This document shows positions 38,539 through 47,693 of a stretch of 61,978 nt of DNA, piece after piece. The stretch covers positions 62,001-123,978 of IMG/VR virus record IMGVR_UViG_3300020435_000116; one strand, 5' to 3'. The notes beneath the pieces were generated by a model. The model saw only the letters and a list, made by a program, of their open reading frames with translations, had not been told where the DNA came from and did no database searches. This DNA is from an uncultured virus (IMG/VR IMGVR_UViG_3300020435_000116). Lineage: Duplodnaviria > Heunggongvirae > Uroviricota > Caudoviricetes. The number at the start of each line of letters is the position of its first letter. Positions within the stretch are counted from its first letter, which is position 1. The translations under genes and the position numbers were made by a program.

Positions 38539-39303
38539 TTACTTCCCAAAGAAAGCAATCAACTTCTGCTCTTTTTCGCCGTTACGAAGTGTAGAGGCAA
38601 CCAGTTCAAGGTCAGTCTGCTTAAGCGCTTGTTCACGGGTGGCTGGGTCGCATACCGTGATGAAAAGGTTAAGTAGACGCTCAAAACACTTACGATCTTG
38701 ACCAGAAAGTTTAACTTGGTCAATGAAGCGATATAAACGTTTTTCGTGGAACGCGCTATCACGGTTTTCGTTGATGATAGCAAGTACGCTGTTAAGGCTG
38801 GCGTATAGTTCTTTACCGTCCAAGGTTAAGATGCGCTGGATAGCACGGTATAGAAGCAATTGCTGCTGAGAGCCTTCTAGTGCCGACATTGGTCGACCCT
38901 TAGCCATTTTCTCAGCATAGGTAGCAACAGTCGCCACAGCGCCTTCTGCTTGCGCTGACAGACCTTCAGGCATGGTAAATCTAGCTTTGTCTTCAGCTTT
39001 GTCTTCAGACTGTTGATCTTTAGCTTGGTCATCCTGAGATGCTTCAGGTTGAGTCTCGCCTTTATCAGCGCCGTCAGATTCTTCACCCTCACCGGCCTCT
39101 GGTGTCTGCGCACCTTGAACTTCCGTAGAACCTTCAACTACCGCCGGATCGACTGGCTTGTCGTCAGCTTGCTGTTGTTTTGCTTCTGCTTCTTTAGCAG
39201 CCTCTACCTTTTCTTGTTCTGCTTTAGATGGAGCAGGAGCTGCCGTTGTCTTCTTAGCAGCGCCACGGCGTGATGATTGGCGCTTAGTTTTTTGGTCAGT
39301 CAT
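38539..39303 (-). CDS. Conserved jumbo-phage protein with a disordered basic/acidic N-terminus
   Basis: 254 aa; low-complexity first ~105 aa and a helical C-terminal domain. Confidence 0.75.
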   Translation of the reverse strand: MTDQKTKRQSSRRGAAKKTTAAPAPSKAEQEKVEAAKEAEAKQQQADDKPVDPAVVEGSTEVQGAQTPEAGEGEESDGADKGETQPEASQDDQAKDQQSEDKAEDKARFTMPEGLSAQAEGAVATVATYAEKMAKGRPMSALEGSQQQLLLYRAIQRILTLDGKELYASLNSVLAIINENRDSAFHEKRLYRFIDQVKLSGQDRKCFERLLNLFITVCDPATREQALKQTDLELVASTLRNGEKEQKLIAFFGK

Positions 39304-39406
39304 ATTTCTTTCACCTTGTTAGATGGGATGGATGAAGTTGTGCATAGAATAGACAATAAGTCATTTATTCGTACACGACTTGGTTGGTTTAAACTCAATC
39401 ATACTA

Positions 39407-39922
39407 TCAGACTACAGGGTACTCTTTAATGCGCCCATCTATAACACGTGTTTGCACGCTAGCATCTAGACTCTTATACGGATAGCGCATCTGTGTATGT
39501 TTAACTAAAAAGTAATTAGCAATACCCTCACCTAAGCTGTCGTATGGCATAAAGGACATATGCATTTGCTTAACGGTTTGTTCTTTAACGGGCTTATCTA
39601 CGGTGTAGCCATACATCTTTTTATGGTCATCAGTTCCTTCTGGTATAAGCGTGTCGTAGTAATAACCATCTACGCCAAAATAGGCGTGTTGTGAGTTTTC
39701 AAAGAACGATATATTGTAACCTGCACGCTTTAGACGTATGCCTATAGCTAGCGCCGCTAATCCACAATCCCCTGAATTGATAAGTTCCAATGTACTTTGT
39801 ATTTCCACCGGGTGTCTGCTAATAGCTTCTACTAGACGCTTAGAATGCCTAAGCGTCTTATCTTGCACATCCATCAGCTGTTTATAGTCTTGTATGAATG
39901 CGTTGATAGTATCTTTAATCAT
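39407..39922 (-). CDS. Putative papain/transglutaminase-fold protein
   Basis: INSGDCG..A, HAYF and YYD give a Cys-His-Asp order. Confidence 0.5.
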   Translation of the reverse strand: MIKDTINAFIQDYKQLMDVQDKTLRHSKRLVEAISRHPVEIQSTLELINSGDCGLAALAIGIRLKRAGYNISFFENSQHAYFGVDGYYYDTLIPEGTDDHKKMYGYTVDKPVKEQTVKQMHMSFMPYDSLGEGIANYFLVKHTQMRYPYKSLDASVQTRVIDGRIKEYPVV

Positions 39923-39983
39923 GTTATTCTACTTTGTAATCACTTATCACTGTCTATGTAATTAAGAGATAATGTTTTCTCTG

Positions 39984-40011
39984 ACGGCATAAAAGGAGGC
40001 CGAAGCCTCCT
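39984..40011 (-). terminator. Hairpin terminator with TTTTATGCCGT tail
   Basis: AGGAGGC-TTCG-GCCTCCT. Confidence 0.85.
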
Positions 40012-40741
40012 AATAACTGATAGGGTCAGGCACCCCTAATTCCTTTCTAAAACCATCAATTAATATTACATAACTAATAGTCTCTTTAGAGTGCTTACCG
40101 GTTATTTGCGGTAAGCACTTGATAATGTCATTGTAACCACTTGGATTACCACATGCCTTTTGTGCATTAAGTACATGACCACAACCAGCATTATAACACG
40201 CCTGGGCTAACCATATCCTGTCTAACTGAGGGCGGGGTGACGTCCAGAAGTTATAGCGGGTATTCATATACCACGCACCAGCTTCGATGTTAGTACGTGC
40301 ATCCCACACATCCCTACCTTGTTTAACAGATTCGGGAACCCCATCAAACGTCCCTGGCATAAACTGACACACACCGCCAGCCCCGACCGGACTAACCGCT
40401 TTAGGATTAAAACGACTCTCCTGCCAACATTGAGCTTTGAGCCAACGCCAGTCTATCTGAGGCATATGCCAGCTCATGGCTGATTTAAAGAAAAGATCGT
40501 ATTTAATAGATTGCAAACCCTTTAACTTGCTGGCATCTACTACTTGGTACGTGTTCTCTTTAATCTCATCCTTTTCTTCCGCAATAGGATCGGGTTCTTC
40601 AACAGGCTCTTCGACCTCAACAACCTCCACCTCTTCAACTATCTCCACAGGTAAAGGCTCGGTCTTATCTGTATCAGGGGGTGGGATAGATTCCCCACAC
40701 CCCCATAGAAGGATAACAAGTATAATGGTCAAATAACGCAT
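40010..40741 (-). CDS. Lipoprotein lytic transglycosylase (SLT domain)
   Basis: Lipobox LLWGC, acidic Pro/Glu linker, SLT motifs QESRFNP.AVS..GA.G..QFMP.T and YNAG. Confidence 0.9.
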   Translation of the reverse strand: MRYLTIILVILLWGCGESIPPPDTDKTEPLPVEIVEEVEVVEVEEPVEEPDPIAEEKDEIKENTYQVVDASKLKGLQSIKYDLFFKSAMSWHMPQIDWRWLKAQCWQESRFNPKAVSPVGAGGVCQFMPGTFDGVPESVKQGRDVWDARTNIEAGAWYMNTRYNFWTSPRPQLDRIWLAQACYNAGCGHVLNAQKACGNPSGYNDIIKCLPQITGKHSKETISYVILIDGFRKELGVPDPISY

Positions 40742-40750
40742 GGTGACCTC

Positions 40751-40981
40751 CTATACTAGGGCAAAGCATCCCAGTAACATAATGGCAAACGCAATCATCC
40801 GCGTATTCCAATAACTCACTTTTGCTTTATCATCTTCGATCAAATCCCACTCTTCTTTGAACCTAATGTCCAATAATTTATCTGCAATACGTAAAGACGT
40901 AAACCAAAAGATCAACACTAACGCTGCTGCGATAAGTTTCTTACTGATAGCAAACAAAATAGGATATAGAAATGCTTCCAT
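40751..40981 (-). CDS. Small two-TM membrane protein (holin-like)
   Basis: 76 aa with two hydrophobic helices around a charged loop; RBS GGAG; directly upstream of the transglycosylase. Confidence 0.6.
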   Translation of the reverse strand: MEAFLYPILFAISKKLIAAALVLIFWFTSLRIADKLLDIRFKEEWDLIEDDKAKVSYWNTRMIAFAIMLLGCFALV

Positions 40982-41004
40982 AATAGTACTCCGGTAGATT
41001 AAAA

Positions 41005-42303
41005 CTAGGCTAATGATTTTTGACAGTATGACATTAGAGCATACATGGATCTTACACCATGACCTATAAGTGATACATACGGTTTGTCTAATCTCACGGC
41101 TTGAAATCTTACTACGTTTCTAATGAACTCAGAAACAGACTGACGCGTTTCATCTTCTTCATCAGTAATGATACCTACCGCTTTATTACCTGTTCTAATG
41201 AGATCTTCTTTACATTTCTCAATCTCATCAAACTGCTCGTAGTAGATTTCAAATGAGTCCAATATCGCTAGGCAGTTTCTACACACCTCAATTACTTGAT
41301 CGTCGGTGAGCGCATCTATCTCCGCAGCGTCACCTGAAGTATTAGCTGTCTTACTATAGACATCTACATGCGTACTTGACAGATGCGCTGTACCTAGACG
41401 CGAGTAGTTGATCACTGTAGGGAGGTTTTTCAACATTGCGGCGTGAGCTGGCTCCTTATTAAAACGTGGGTAACGCATTAAGGGATAACGACCTCCTACT
41501 ACTGGAACAGCTCTAGGGGAAAAAGTTAAATGGCTATCGCTGGTAATCCCGCGTATTTTAAGCGACTCGTGCCAGATCCCATTAGGTGGATTAGATTCAC
41601 CTACGTCAGGTGCAATATGACACGTAGTCCATAGCGATTTAATCATGTCTCTTAATTCACTATACCCCGCGTCACCGTACTCACCAATGCCTTTATTGAA
41701 AACAATGGGAATGTTCTTAAGGATATTAGAGGTATTCTCAACGCTGCTAAGTACAGATGGGAAATCCACTTCAAAACAATCACGCATAATGACAACGGTA
41801 TTGTTAAAGTCTTTTAACAATTGATCACGAGTGATAGTATCACCACCTAGGTAGTTTAATTCATCACGTAAAGACACGACTTCGTTGTAGCGGCGATCAC
41901 GGTCTAGTTTACTGACAGATTCGATTAACTTACGCAAGTTAGGTATAGCCAGTGCTATTTTCTTAGCCCAAAGTTTTACTTTCTTCATCCCCTCCACAAT
42001 GTATTTAACGATACCTTTCCAAAGGGATTTAACTTGATTACGTATACTTTCAACACTCACTGTCTCTTCGGTTATACCTAGTGAGCGAAAATACTCTAAG
42101 TGTTCTGCCGATACAGTTGTTTCATTGTTTTCTTCTAAAGCAGTAACCGTTCTATCTAATAGAACTAATCGATCGAAGTGATCGGTAATGGTTTTAAAGA
42201 AACCCTCAACGTCTAACGTCAGGCGTTCCACAGAGACCATAATAGTATCTAATTCGATGATCTCTACCATCCTTGCCGCTACAGCTGGGTTTAAAATAGA
42301 CAC
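41005..42303 (-). CDS. Internal head protein paralog (gp93 family)
   Basis: SVE/ALE/SAE/SVE propeptide then IRNQVKSLWKGIVK; C-terminus resembles 22810 and 33744. Confidence 0.7.
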   Translation of the reverse strand: MSILNPAVAARMVEIIELDTIMVSVERLTLDVEGFFKTITDHFDRLVLLDRTVTALEENNETTVSAEHLEYFRSLGITEETVSVESIRNQVKSLWKGIVKYIVEGMKKVKLWAKKIALAIPNLRKLIESVSKLDRDRRYNEVVSLRDELNYLGGDTITRDQLLKDFNNTVVIMRDCFEVDFPSVLSSVENTSNILKNIPIVFNKGIGEYGDAGYSELRDMIKSLWTTCHIAPDVGESNPPNGIWHESLKIRGITSDSHLTFSPRAVPVVGGRYPLMRYPRFNKEPAHAAMLKNLPTVINYSRLGTAHLSSTHVDVYSKTANTSGDAAEIDALTDDQVIEVCRNCLAILDSFEIYYEQFDEIEKCKEDLIRTGNKAVGIITDEEDETRQSVSEFIRNVVRFQAVRLDKPYVSLIGHGVRSMYALMSYCQKSLA

Positions 42304-42331
42304 AGCGTGCTCCTTATATTCTGTTAATTGA

Positions 42332-42784
42332 TCATAAACATACCGTGACTTTTAAATCGACCCCTTCTACTATATCAGGATCAAAGACCTCTCTAAATAA
42401 CTCAATCACATCATGTTTATTTAAATTACCCTTACCACATCCTAATAAAGGAAAGCCGATATGTCTCACACCTAAACGTGGGAGATTATCTAGGCAGGCA
42501 TAAAGTCCCCTAGATATCCATTCTAACTTAGAGTCATTACGCCATCTGTCTTTAGTTGCAAAGCACAATACGTTTTTATATGGATGACGATAAAGCCAAC
42601 TATGACCTGGGTTGAGTTTACGCTCGCCACACAAATAGTGGTATTGATTAAACAGATCATCTGGGTATTTGAATTTAAACGCTAACGCTAATCCATTCCC
42701 CATGGTCCCGTCACAGTTCACAGGACAGACTATGGTGTCTGCTTCTAATTGAAATAAATCTGCATGTACAAATTCTAATATCAT
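42332..42784 (-). CDS. Macrodomain ADP-ribose hydrolase (DarG/Poa1p/TARG1-like)
   Basis: DLF, VNC.G.MG.GLA..FK..YP, FATK..W and FP.LGCG.G motifs. Confidence 0.9.
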   Translation of the reverse strand: MILEFVHADLFQLEADTIVCPVNCDGTMGNGLALAFKFKYPDDLFNQYHYLCGERKLNPGHSWLYRHPYKNVLCFATKDRWRNDSKLEWISRGLYACLDNLPRLGVRHIGFPLLGCGKGNLNKHDVIELFREVFDPDIVEGVDLKVTVCL

Positions 42785-42862
42785 TGTTTTATTATCTCAC
42801 CTTTTACCTCTATATAGTTACACCACGACGTAATTATAGACGAAACGGCATAAGGCCAGGAA

Positions 42863-43279
42863 TTACTTCCCAGCCTTCTTTACTTTCTTTTGTTTCTGAG
42901 CTCGCATGGTTTTACGCTTAGCTGCCTTCTGCTCGTTAATAGCTTCACGCATTTCATTTTGAATCTCCTGCATCTGCTCTTCTTCTTCAGCAATGGCTTT
43001 AGCAGCATCATCAAATATATCAGTAACCGTATCACGAGGTAAGGCAAGAAGCTCCGTTAACGACAAGCCATAACGTTTGTGAATGTCATACATCCTAAAA
43101 CGTTTAATCATGAAAGGTTTCAACCCCACTTTAAGGGTATCCTCTACCGGATGCATGGCTACAATACTTAAAGGATTATAATCGATGCCATCATAGTTGA
43201 AGATACCGTAAGTGTGATCGTAAGCCTCTGTCAACGCTATCTGGGCCCCAATACTATCTAAGGCAGGTAACGTCATCAT
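42863..43279 (-). CDS. Conserved protein (phiKZ gp76 position); probably the C-terminal extension of the upstream gene via a -1 frameshift
   Basis: YGLSLTELLALP motif; no RBS at ATG 43279; frame open upstream to about 43408. Confidence 0.7.
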   Translation of the reverse strand: MMTLPALDSIGAQIALTEAYDHTYGIFNYDGIDYNPLSIVAMHPVEDTLKVGLKPFMIKRFRMYDIHKRYGLSLTELLALPRDTVTDIFDDAAKAIAEEEEQMQEIQNEMREAINEQKAAKRKTMRAQKQKKVKKAGK

Positions 43280-43338
43280 TGCTTGGTTTAACGGGGAGTC
43301 AGCGTTTTGTTCACGCTCAAGCCCAAAACGAGGAGAGA

Positions 43339-44895
43339 TTAATCTACCTCGCTGCGCTCGTTTATCCTCTTGCTCCGTTTGAACGCTACGAGGATAATAA
43401 AAAGCTGTTCAATCTCAAGTGGAATTAGATAAGGCGAACGACCGTGCGCATCTTTCTGTTCACCACCGCACGATGGGCATGTGTAAGTAGGAATACCTAC
43501 AATGCTAAAGGCTGCGTTGTCAATGAAAGTTTGCATGTGGTTTCTGAATGTCTTGATAGTATCCGTATCTGCAGACAGTTGTTCACAAAGCTTATCGATA
43601 GTTTCACGATCGTTTCCTGCTACAACAGCAGCATCATCACCCTCGCCTATCACAAAACGACCTACCCAATGTGAGTAACGACGTAACATGATCAACTTAC
43701 TCTGTTCTTGCATATAGCGAGCACGTTTCTCATATTTGATGTCTTTACCTAACCCTTCTTCAGTCATGCGTTCGATGTCTTCTGCCCAACGCACACCTGA
43801 TGAGATAGTCTCAAGCATAGTAGGCACACGAAGATCCATACTTACCGCTGCATTTATACGAAGTGCTTTTGCATTAGGATGTGTAAACTCTTCCTGATAC
43901 CACTTAACACGCTCTAGCGTTACCTTACTACTACGCTGCGCCATATGAGTACGTTGTTTCTCACTAAGTACACTGTTATCAGTCCATAATAGCTTAGGAA
44001 TGTTTAACGTTTCTTTAATGACGTGTTGACACTCGCTAATGTCCGACATACAGGCACGAGTAAACGGATAACCTTTAGGGAAGACTGCACAACTTAGCCC
44101 CCATATTAACAATGAGTAGTCTGTTACTAAGATATTCTCGCGTAACATTTGCTCATTCCAGTCTTTAACATTACAATCGTAGATGTGATCGATAATAAAG
44201 TTAAATAGGTGACCGCGTATATAAACGCCTGAGTGGCTAAAAGCGGTACCGCGTGTACTCCTACCTAGTTTTCCTTTCTCAAGAGCAATACGTTCGTCTA
44301 ACTCAATTAGAGCGCCTTCTGAGGGAGCTTTGATACTGACCCACATACCAGAATGCCACAAAGGTATCTGAACCGACGTACCCATAGTTAACATAGCGTT
44401 AACTTTCAATAAAGCCGCTTCACCACTAATGGTACCGCCTGGGTTTGTTTTGCCAATCCTAGGCTTAACAGCAGACAAACGCCCAGAGTCGCTATCAACG
44501 TATTGTCTAAAATCACTGCCCTCAGATGCTAATCTCTCTTCAAAGAAAGGCTTAGCAAACATTTTAGAGTAAGGCATGATGTCTTCACCTAGACTAAGCT
44601 CTAGCGTATCTTTCCATAACTGCGCTGAGTCAGATGATACAGACACCTTTGCCATGTCAGATAAGACATCAAACATATTAGACATGTTGGCGCTGGGAAG
44701 AGCCAGTGGAACATCGGTATTCTTAGACTCATCTAACGGCGTACTATAATCACCTGTTTGTGTAAAGGTAGGCTTTATCGTTTCTTCTGGTTCTTCAGCC
44801 TGACCTAACTCATGTTGGTCGTAGTGGTCAGTTACTCGTGTTCTTGGTTGCTCATTGTGATCTACGTTACGAGGATCTTGTTCGTCATGACTCAT
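43339..44895 (-). CDS. Conserved protein (phiKZ gp77-like), possible baseplate/tail assembly chaperone
   Basis: QIPLWHSG.W, FP.GYP and C-terminal CPSCG motifs. Confidence 0.75.
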   Translation of the reverse strand: MSHDEQDPRNVDHNEQPRTRVTDHYDQHELGQAEEPEETIKPTFTQTGDYSTPLDESKNTDVPLALPSANMSNMFDVLSDMAKVSVSSDSAQLWKDTLELSLGEDIMPYSKMFAKPFFEERLASEGSDFRQYVDSDSGRLSAVKPRIGKTNPGGTISGEAALLKVNAMLTMGTSVQIPLWHSGMWVSIKAPSEGALIELDERIALEKGKLGRSTRGTAFSHSGVYIRGHLFNFIIDHIYDCNVKDWNEQMLRENILVTDYSLLIWGLSCAVFPKGYPFTRACMSDISECQHVIKETLNIPKLLWTDNSVLSEKQRTHMAQRSSKVTLERVKWYQEEFTHPNAKALRINAAVSMDLRVPTMLETISSGVRWAEDIERMTEEGLGKDIKYEKRARYMQEQSKLIMLRRYSHWVGRFVIGEGDDAAVVAGNDRETIDKLCEQLSADTDTIKTFRNHMQTFIDNAAFSIVGIPTYTCPSCGGEQKDAHGRSPYLIPLEIEQLFIILVAFKRSKRINERSEVD

Positions 44896-45461
44896 TACTT
44901 TCTACCTCCTTTAGCCATTGCCATCAGGTCTAACGTTTTCTTAGGTGTGGCTGTAGCACCTAAGCGACGTTGTTTGACCGGTGGTTGTTTTTTCTGCTTC
45001 TCAATCTCAACACGAGCCTGATTAGCGTTTTCTTCGACTTCCTCTACCGAACGCCCTTCGGTGAGTTCTAAAATCTGTGCCGTGGTAATAGGTACAACGG
45101 TGTTATAATCCTCCATCCACTGTTGGTAGTCTTGACCAATATCAATTGCAATGAAGTTTGCTTCCATCTCATCTTTTGGAGCTTCGCGGTTAATATGTCT
45201 ATCGCGAATGGCAGTAAGACGTGTATTGAAGTTAGTAAGGTCGTTGAGCAGAACGCGACCTAGCGCGTTAAGCTTTTGTTTATCCTGTACCTTACGAAGC
45301 GCATCTGGATTTTTAAATAATTGAGATACTTGAGTAGCCGCTGCCAGCATAGTTGACGCTGCACCACTTAGTGATCTTAACTCAGCCCATGCGTCCGTTT
45401 TCTTTGCAGTAGACTTCGCTGGTGCTTTATTTTTACGTTGGTTCTTTGGGGACTTGGCCAT
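44895..45461 (-). CDS. Hypothetical protein (gp78 position)
   Basis: Start moved to ATG 45461 (MAKSPK) behind AGGA, avoiding overlap with the divergent gene. Confidence 0.7.
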   Translation of the reverse strand: MAKSPKNQRKNKAPAKSTAKKTDAWAELRSLSGAASTMLAAATQVSQLFKNPDALRKVQDKQKLNALGRVLLNDLTNFNTRLTAIRDRHINREAPKDEMEANFIAIDIGQDYQQWMEDYNTVVPITTAQILELTEGRSVEEVEENANQARVEIEKQKKQPPVKQRRLGATATPKKTLDLMAMAKGGRK

Positions 45462-45562
45462 TTTATTTATATTCCTGTCTGATAAAATATGAATAACACG
45501 TCTTGTATAATTACAAGACGCTGTATTAATTAACGTAGCAACCATTACATAAGGTAGATACC

Positions 45563-46420
45563 ATGTATATAACCGACGCCGATGCCCTGACATCCACCCT
45601 ACCTGAACCGCGTCAGGCATTCTATATAGGATGCAATCAGTTATTCTTCGACATGCAAGTGGTCGGTTTTGTTGAAACCATCGATGCGTTTGTACTGGCA
45701 AGCAACACACAGACGAATACGTACATCATTGATGAAGTGACGTTGATGTATAACGAGTATCTGATCAACCTACTAGCCAGCCATGGTGTGGTGGTAGATG
45801 ATGAACAGTCACCAGATTCTTTTACTTACCTTGCTATTTTGGAAACGTTGTGGTTACTTCCTCAAATTGAAGATGCGCAAATGATTATCGACACATTGAC
45901 GGGAAGTGAAGATAACATAGAAGCTCTAGCCATGCTGGTAGAGTCTGTAAGTACTCAGGGTGATGTAGTTACCTGGTCGACGGTAACGCAAGCAGTAACG
46001 CATGTTGATGAAGCGTTAATGGATCGTTTGGTAGAGATAGCCAATGGTAAGATTGATAACTTAATCGTAAATACTACTGCTACTAAAGAACGCGCTAAAC
46101 AGCGCTATGAGATCCACCCTGTAGCGACTTATCCAGCTAACCCATTACGCGGCATGTTAGAACGCGGCATCGATTACGGTCTGCCTTTAGACACACTCTG
46201 GCTACATGCCAATAGCACCGTAGATACTCTAATAGAATCTAAAGCTATTGTTCCTCTCGCCGCACTTATCTATGGCTGCGTCTTGATTAGCGATGTTGAA
46301 GATCATCTACTTCAAGAGACGACACAATTACTTGTCAATACCGAAATTGGTGACGAGGTGTTAGCCGCCGCAATCATGCGTGAACTTAATCAAACTATCT
46401 ATCCGGGACGTATACAATGA
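45563..46420 (+). CDS. Conserved protein (gp79 position)
   Basis: 285-aa acidic ORF coupled (ATGA) to the vRNAP subunit gene. Confidence 0.7.
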   Translation: MYITDADALTSTLPEPRQAFYIGCNQLFFDMQVVGFVETIDAFVLASNTQTNTYIIDEVTLMYNEYLINLLASHGVVVDDEQSPDSFTYLAILETLWLLPQIEDAQMIIDTLTGSEDNIEALAMLVESVSTQGDVVTWSTVTQAVTHVDEALMDRLVEIANGKIDNLIVNTTATKERAKQRYEIHPVATYPANPLRGMLERGIDYGLPLDTLWLHANSTVDTLIESKAIVPLAALIYGCVLISDVEDHLLQETTQLLVNTEIGDEVLAAAIMRELNQTIYPGRIQ

Positions 46421-47682
46421 GTATAGATAAAAACACTTATTTAGCGTTTGCTATCAAGCATAATGCCTTTATACAAAAACACTGGCATTTAAGTGTATTT
46501 GGCATCTTCTCACCTAAACCACGTGAATCTCAATACGTCGGTATGTTATTAGATGTGGAAGGTGAATTACACTACATCGACGAACAAGGTAGCATCGCTG
46601 GACCTGTAGTTGGCTATAAAGAAGATCAACCATTATTCACAGCAAGTGATGTAATAACTGTTGAAAAGGATACCCTTAAAAACATTAAGGGTAAGACAGA
46701 AACAACCGTAGGTCGACTGCTAGCCAACGCTATGCTATTGTCGTATCCCTTTGGGGATGTAATTCCTTATATCAACGAAGAAGTTAAAGCAGGTAAGGTA
46801 GGAGACCAGGTAGCAGTAGCGCTTAAAGATGATATCATCACACCTGAACAAGTCTCTGTCTATTTCAAACAGCTGTACTTTCTTTCATCGTTAACATCAC
46901 TGTGGGTGCCGTCTGCTTCTGAGAAATCTATCACCACAAGCCCGGCAATTGTTAAACGTCGTGACGAATTGCTTAAGCAACACAAAGATGAGTTAGATAA
47001 CCCCGCAGTTATTGCTAAGATTGAGAAAGAACTCATTGACATGGACCGCGAGTATATCAAAGATGATCCATCGTCAGGCTTCTATAAGTCAGCTAAAGCA
47101 TTTAACGTTACTCGTAAGCAGGCGTATATAATGCATGGTGGTGAGTCCTCGTTTGAAGACCCATCTAAGATCGACGTTATCCCTCGCTCGCTGCAAGATG
47201 GGTGGAACGTTGAAGATCTCCCTGCATTAATCAACTCATTGCGTGATGGCTCTTACGCGCGTTCTACACAGACGGCGCTAGGTGGTGAGGCTGTTAAAAC
47301 TATCACTCGTGTATTCCAAAATAGCTTTATCTCTCAAGACGACTGTAAGGATAAAGTAGGCATGCCAATGGCTATTACCAACATGAACTACAAAGCGTTT
47401 GAGGGTCGTCGTCTGGTATCAGCACCTGATAAACCCTTAAGTGAAGCTGCATTAAAAGCAAGCATCGGTAAGACACTTACACTTAGAAGTCCCATGGCGT
47501 GTAAAGTACCTTTCACCGACTATTGTAAAGTGTGTATGGGTGATGCTATTGCTGATAACGATAAAGCGTTGTCGTTACTTGCATCTGCTACAGGTAGTGC
47601 CTTTCTTTCGTTATTCTTAAGTAAGTTTCACCAGAGCAATATTCAAACAGAAGAGCTTCAGGGTTTAGATTTTATACAATAG
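46417..47682 (+). CDS. Virion RNA polymerase beta' subunit, C-terminal part (phiKZ gp80-like)
   Basis: TTVGRLLAN, R.GSY.R...TA.GG bridge-helix-like region, Zn site DC...RSPMAC...YCKVC. Confidence 0.85.
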   Translation: MSIDKNTYLAFAIKHNAFIQKHWHLSVFGIFSPKPRESQYVGMLLDVEGELHYIDEQGSIAGPVVGYKEDQPLFTASDVITVEKDTLKNIKGKTETTVGRLLANAMLLSYPFGDVIPYINEEVKAGKVGDQVAVALKDDIITPEQVSVYFKQLYFLSSLTSLWVPSASEKSITTSPAIVKRRDELLKQHKDELDNPAVIAKIEKELIDMDREYIKDDPSSGFYKSAKAFNVTRKQAYIMHGGESSFEDPSKIDVIPRSLQDGWNVEDLPALINSLRDGSYARSTQTALGGEAVKTITRVFQNSFISQDDCKDKVGMPMAITNMNYKAFEGRRLVSAPDKPLSEAALKASIGKTLTLRSPMACKVPFTDYCKVCMGDAIADNDKALSLLASATGSAFLSLFLSKFHQSNIQTEELQGLDFIQ

Positions 47683-47693
47683 GTTATACGGGC

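Noticed and set aside
45462..45710. Long N-terminal extension of the 44895 ORF (likewise 13498-13578, 11565-11624, 24742-24843)
   Set aside because: Overlaps neighbouring genes or terminators; downstream ATGs fit better, most with a clear RBS
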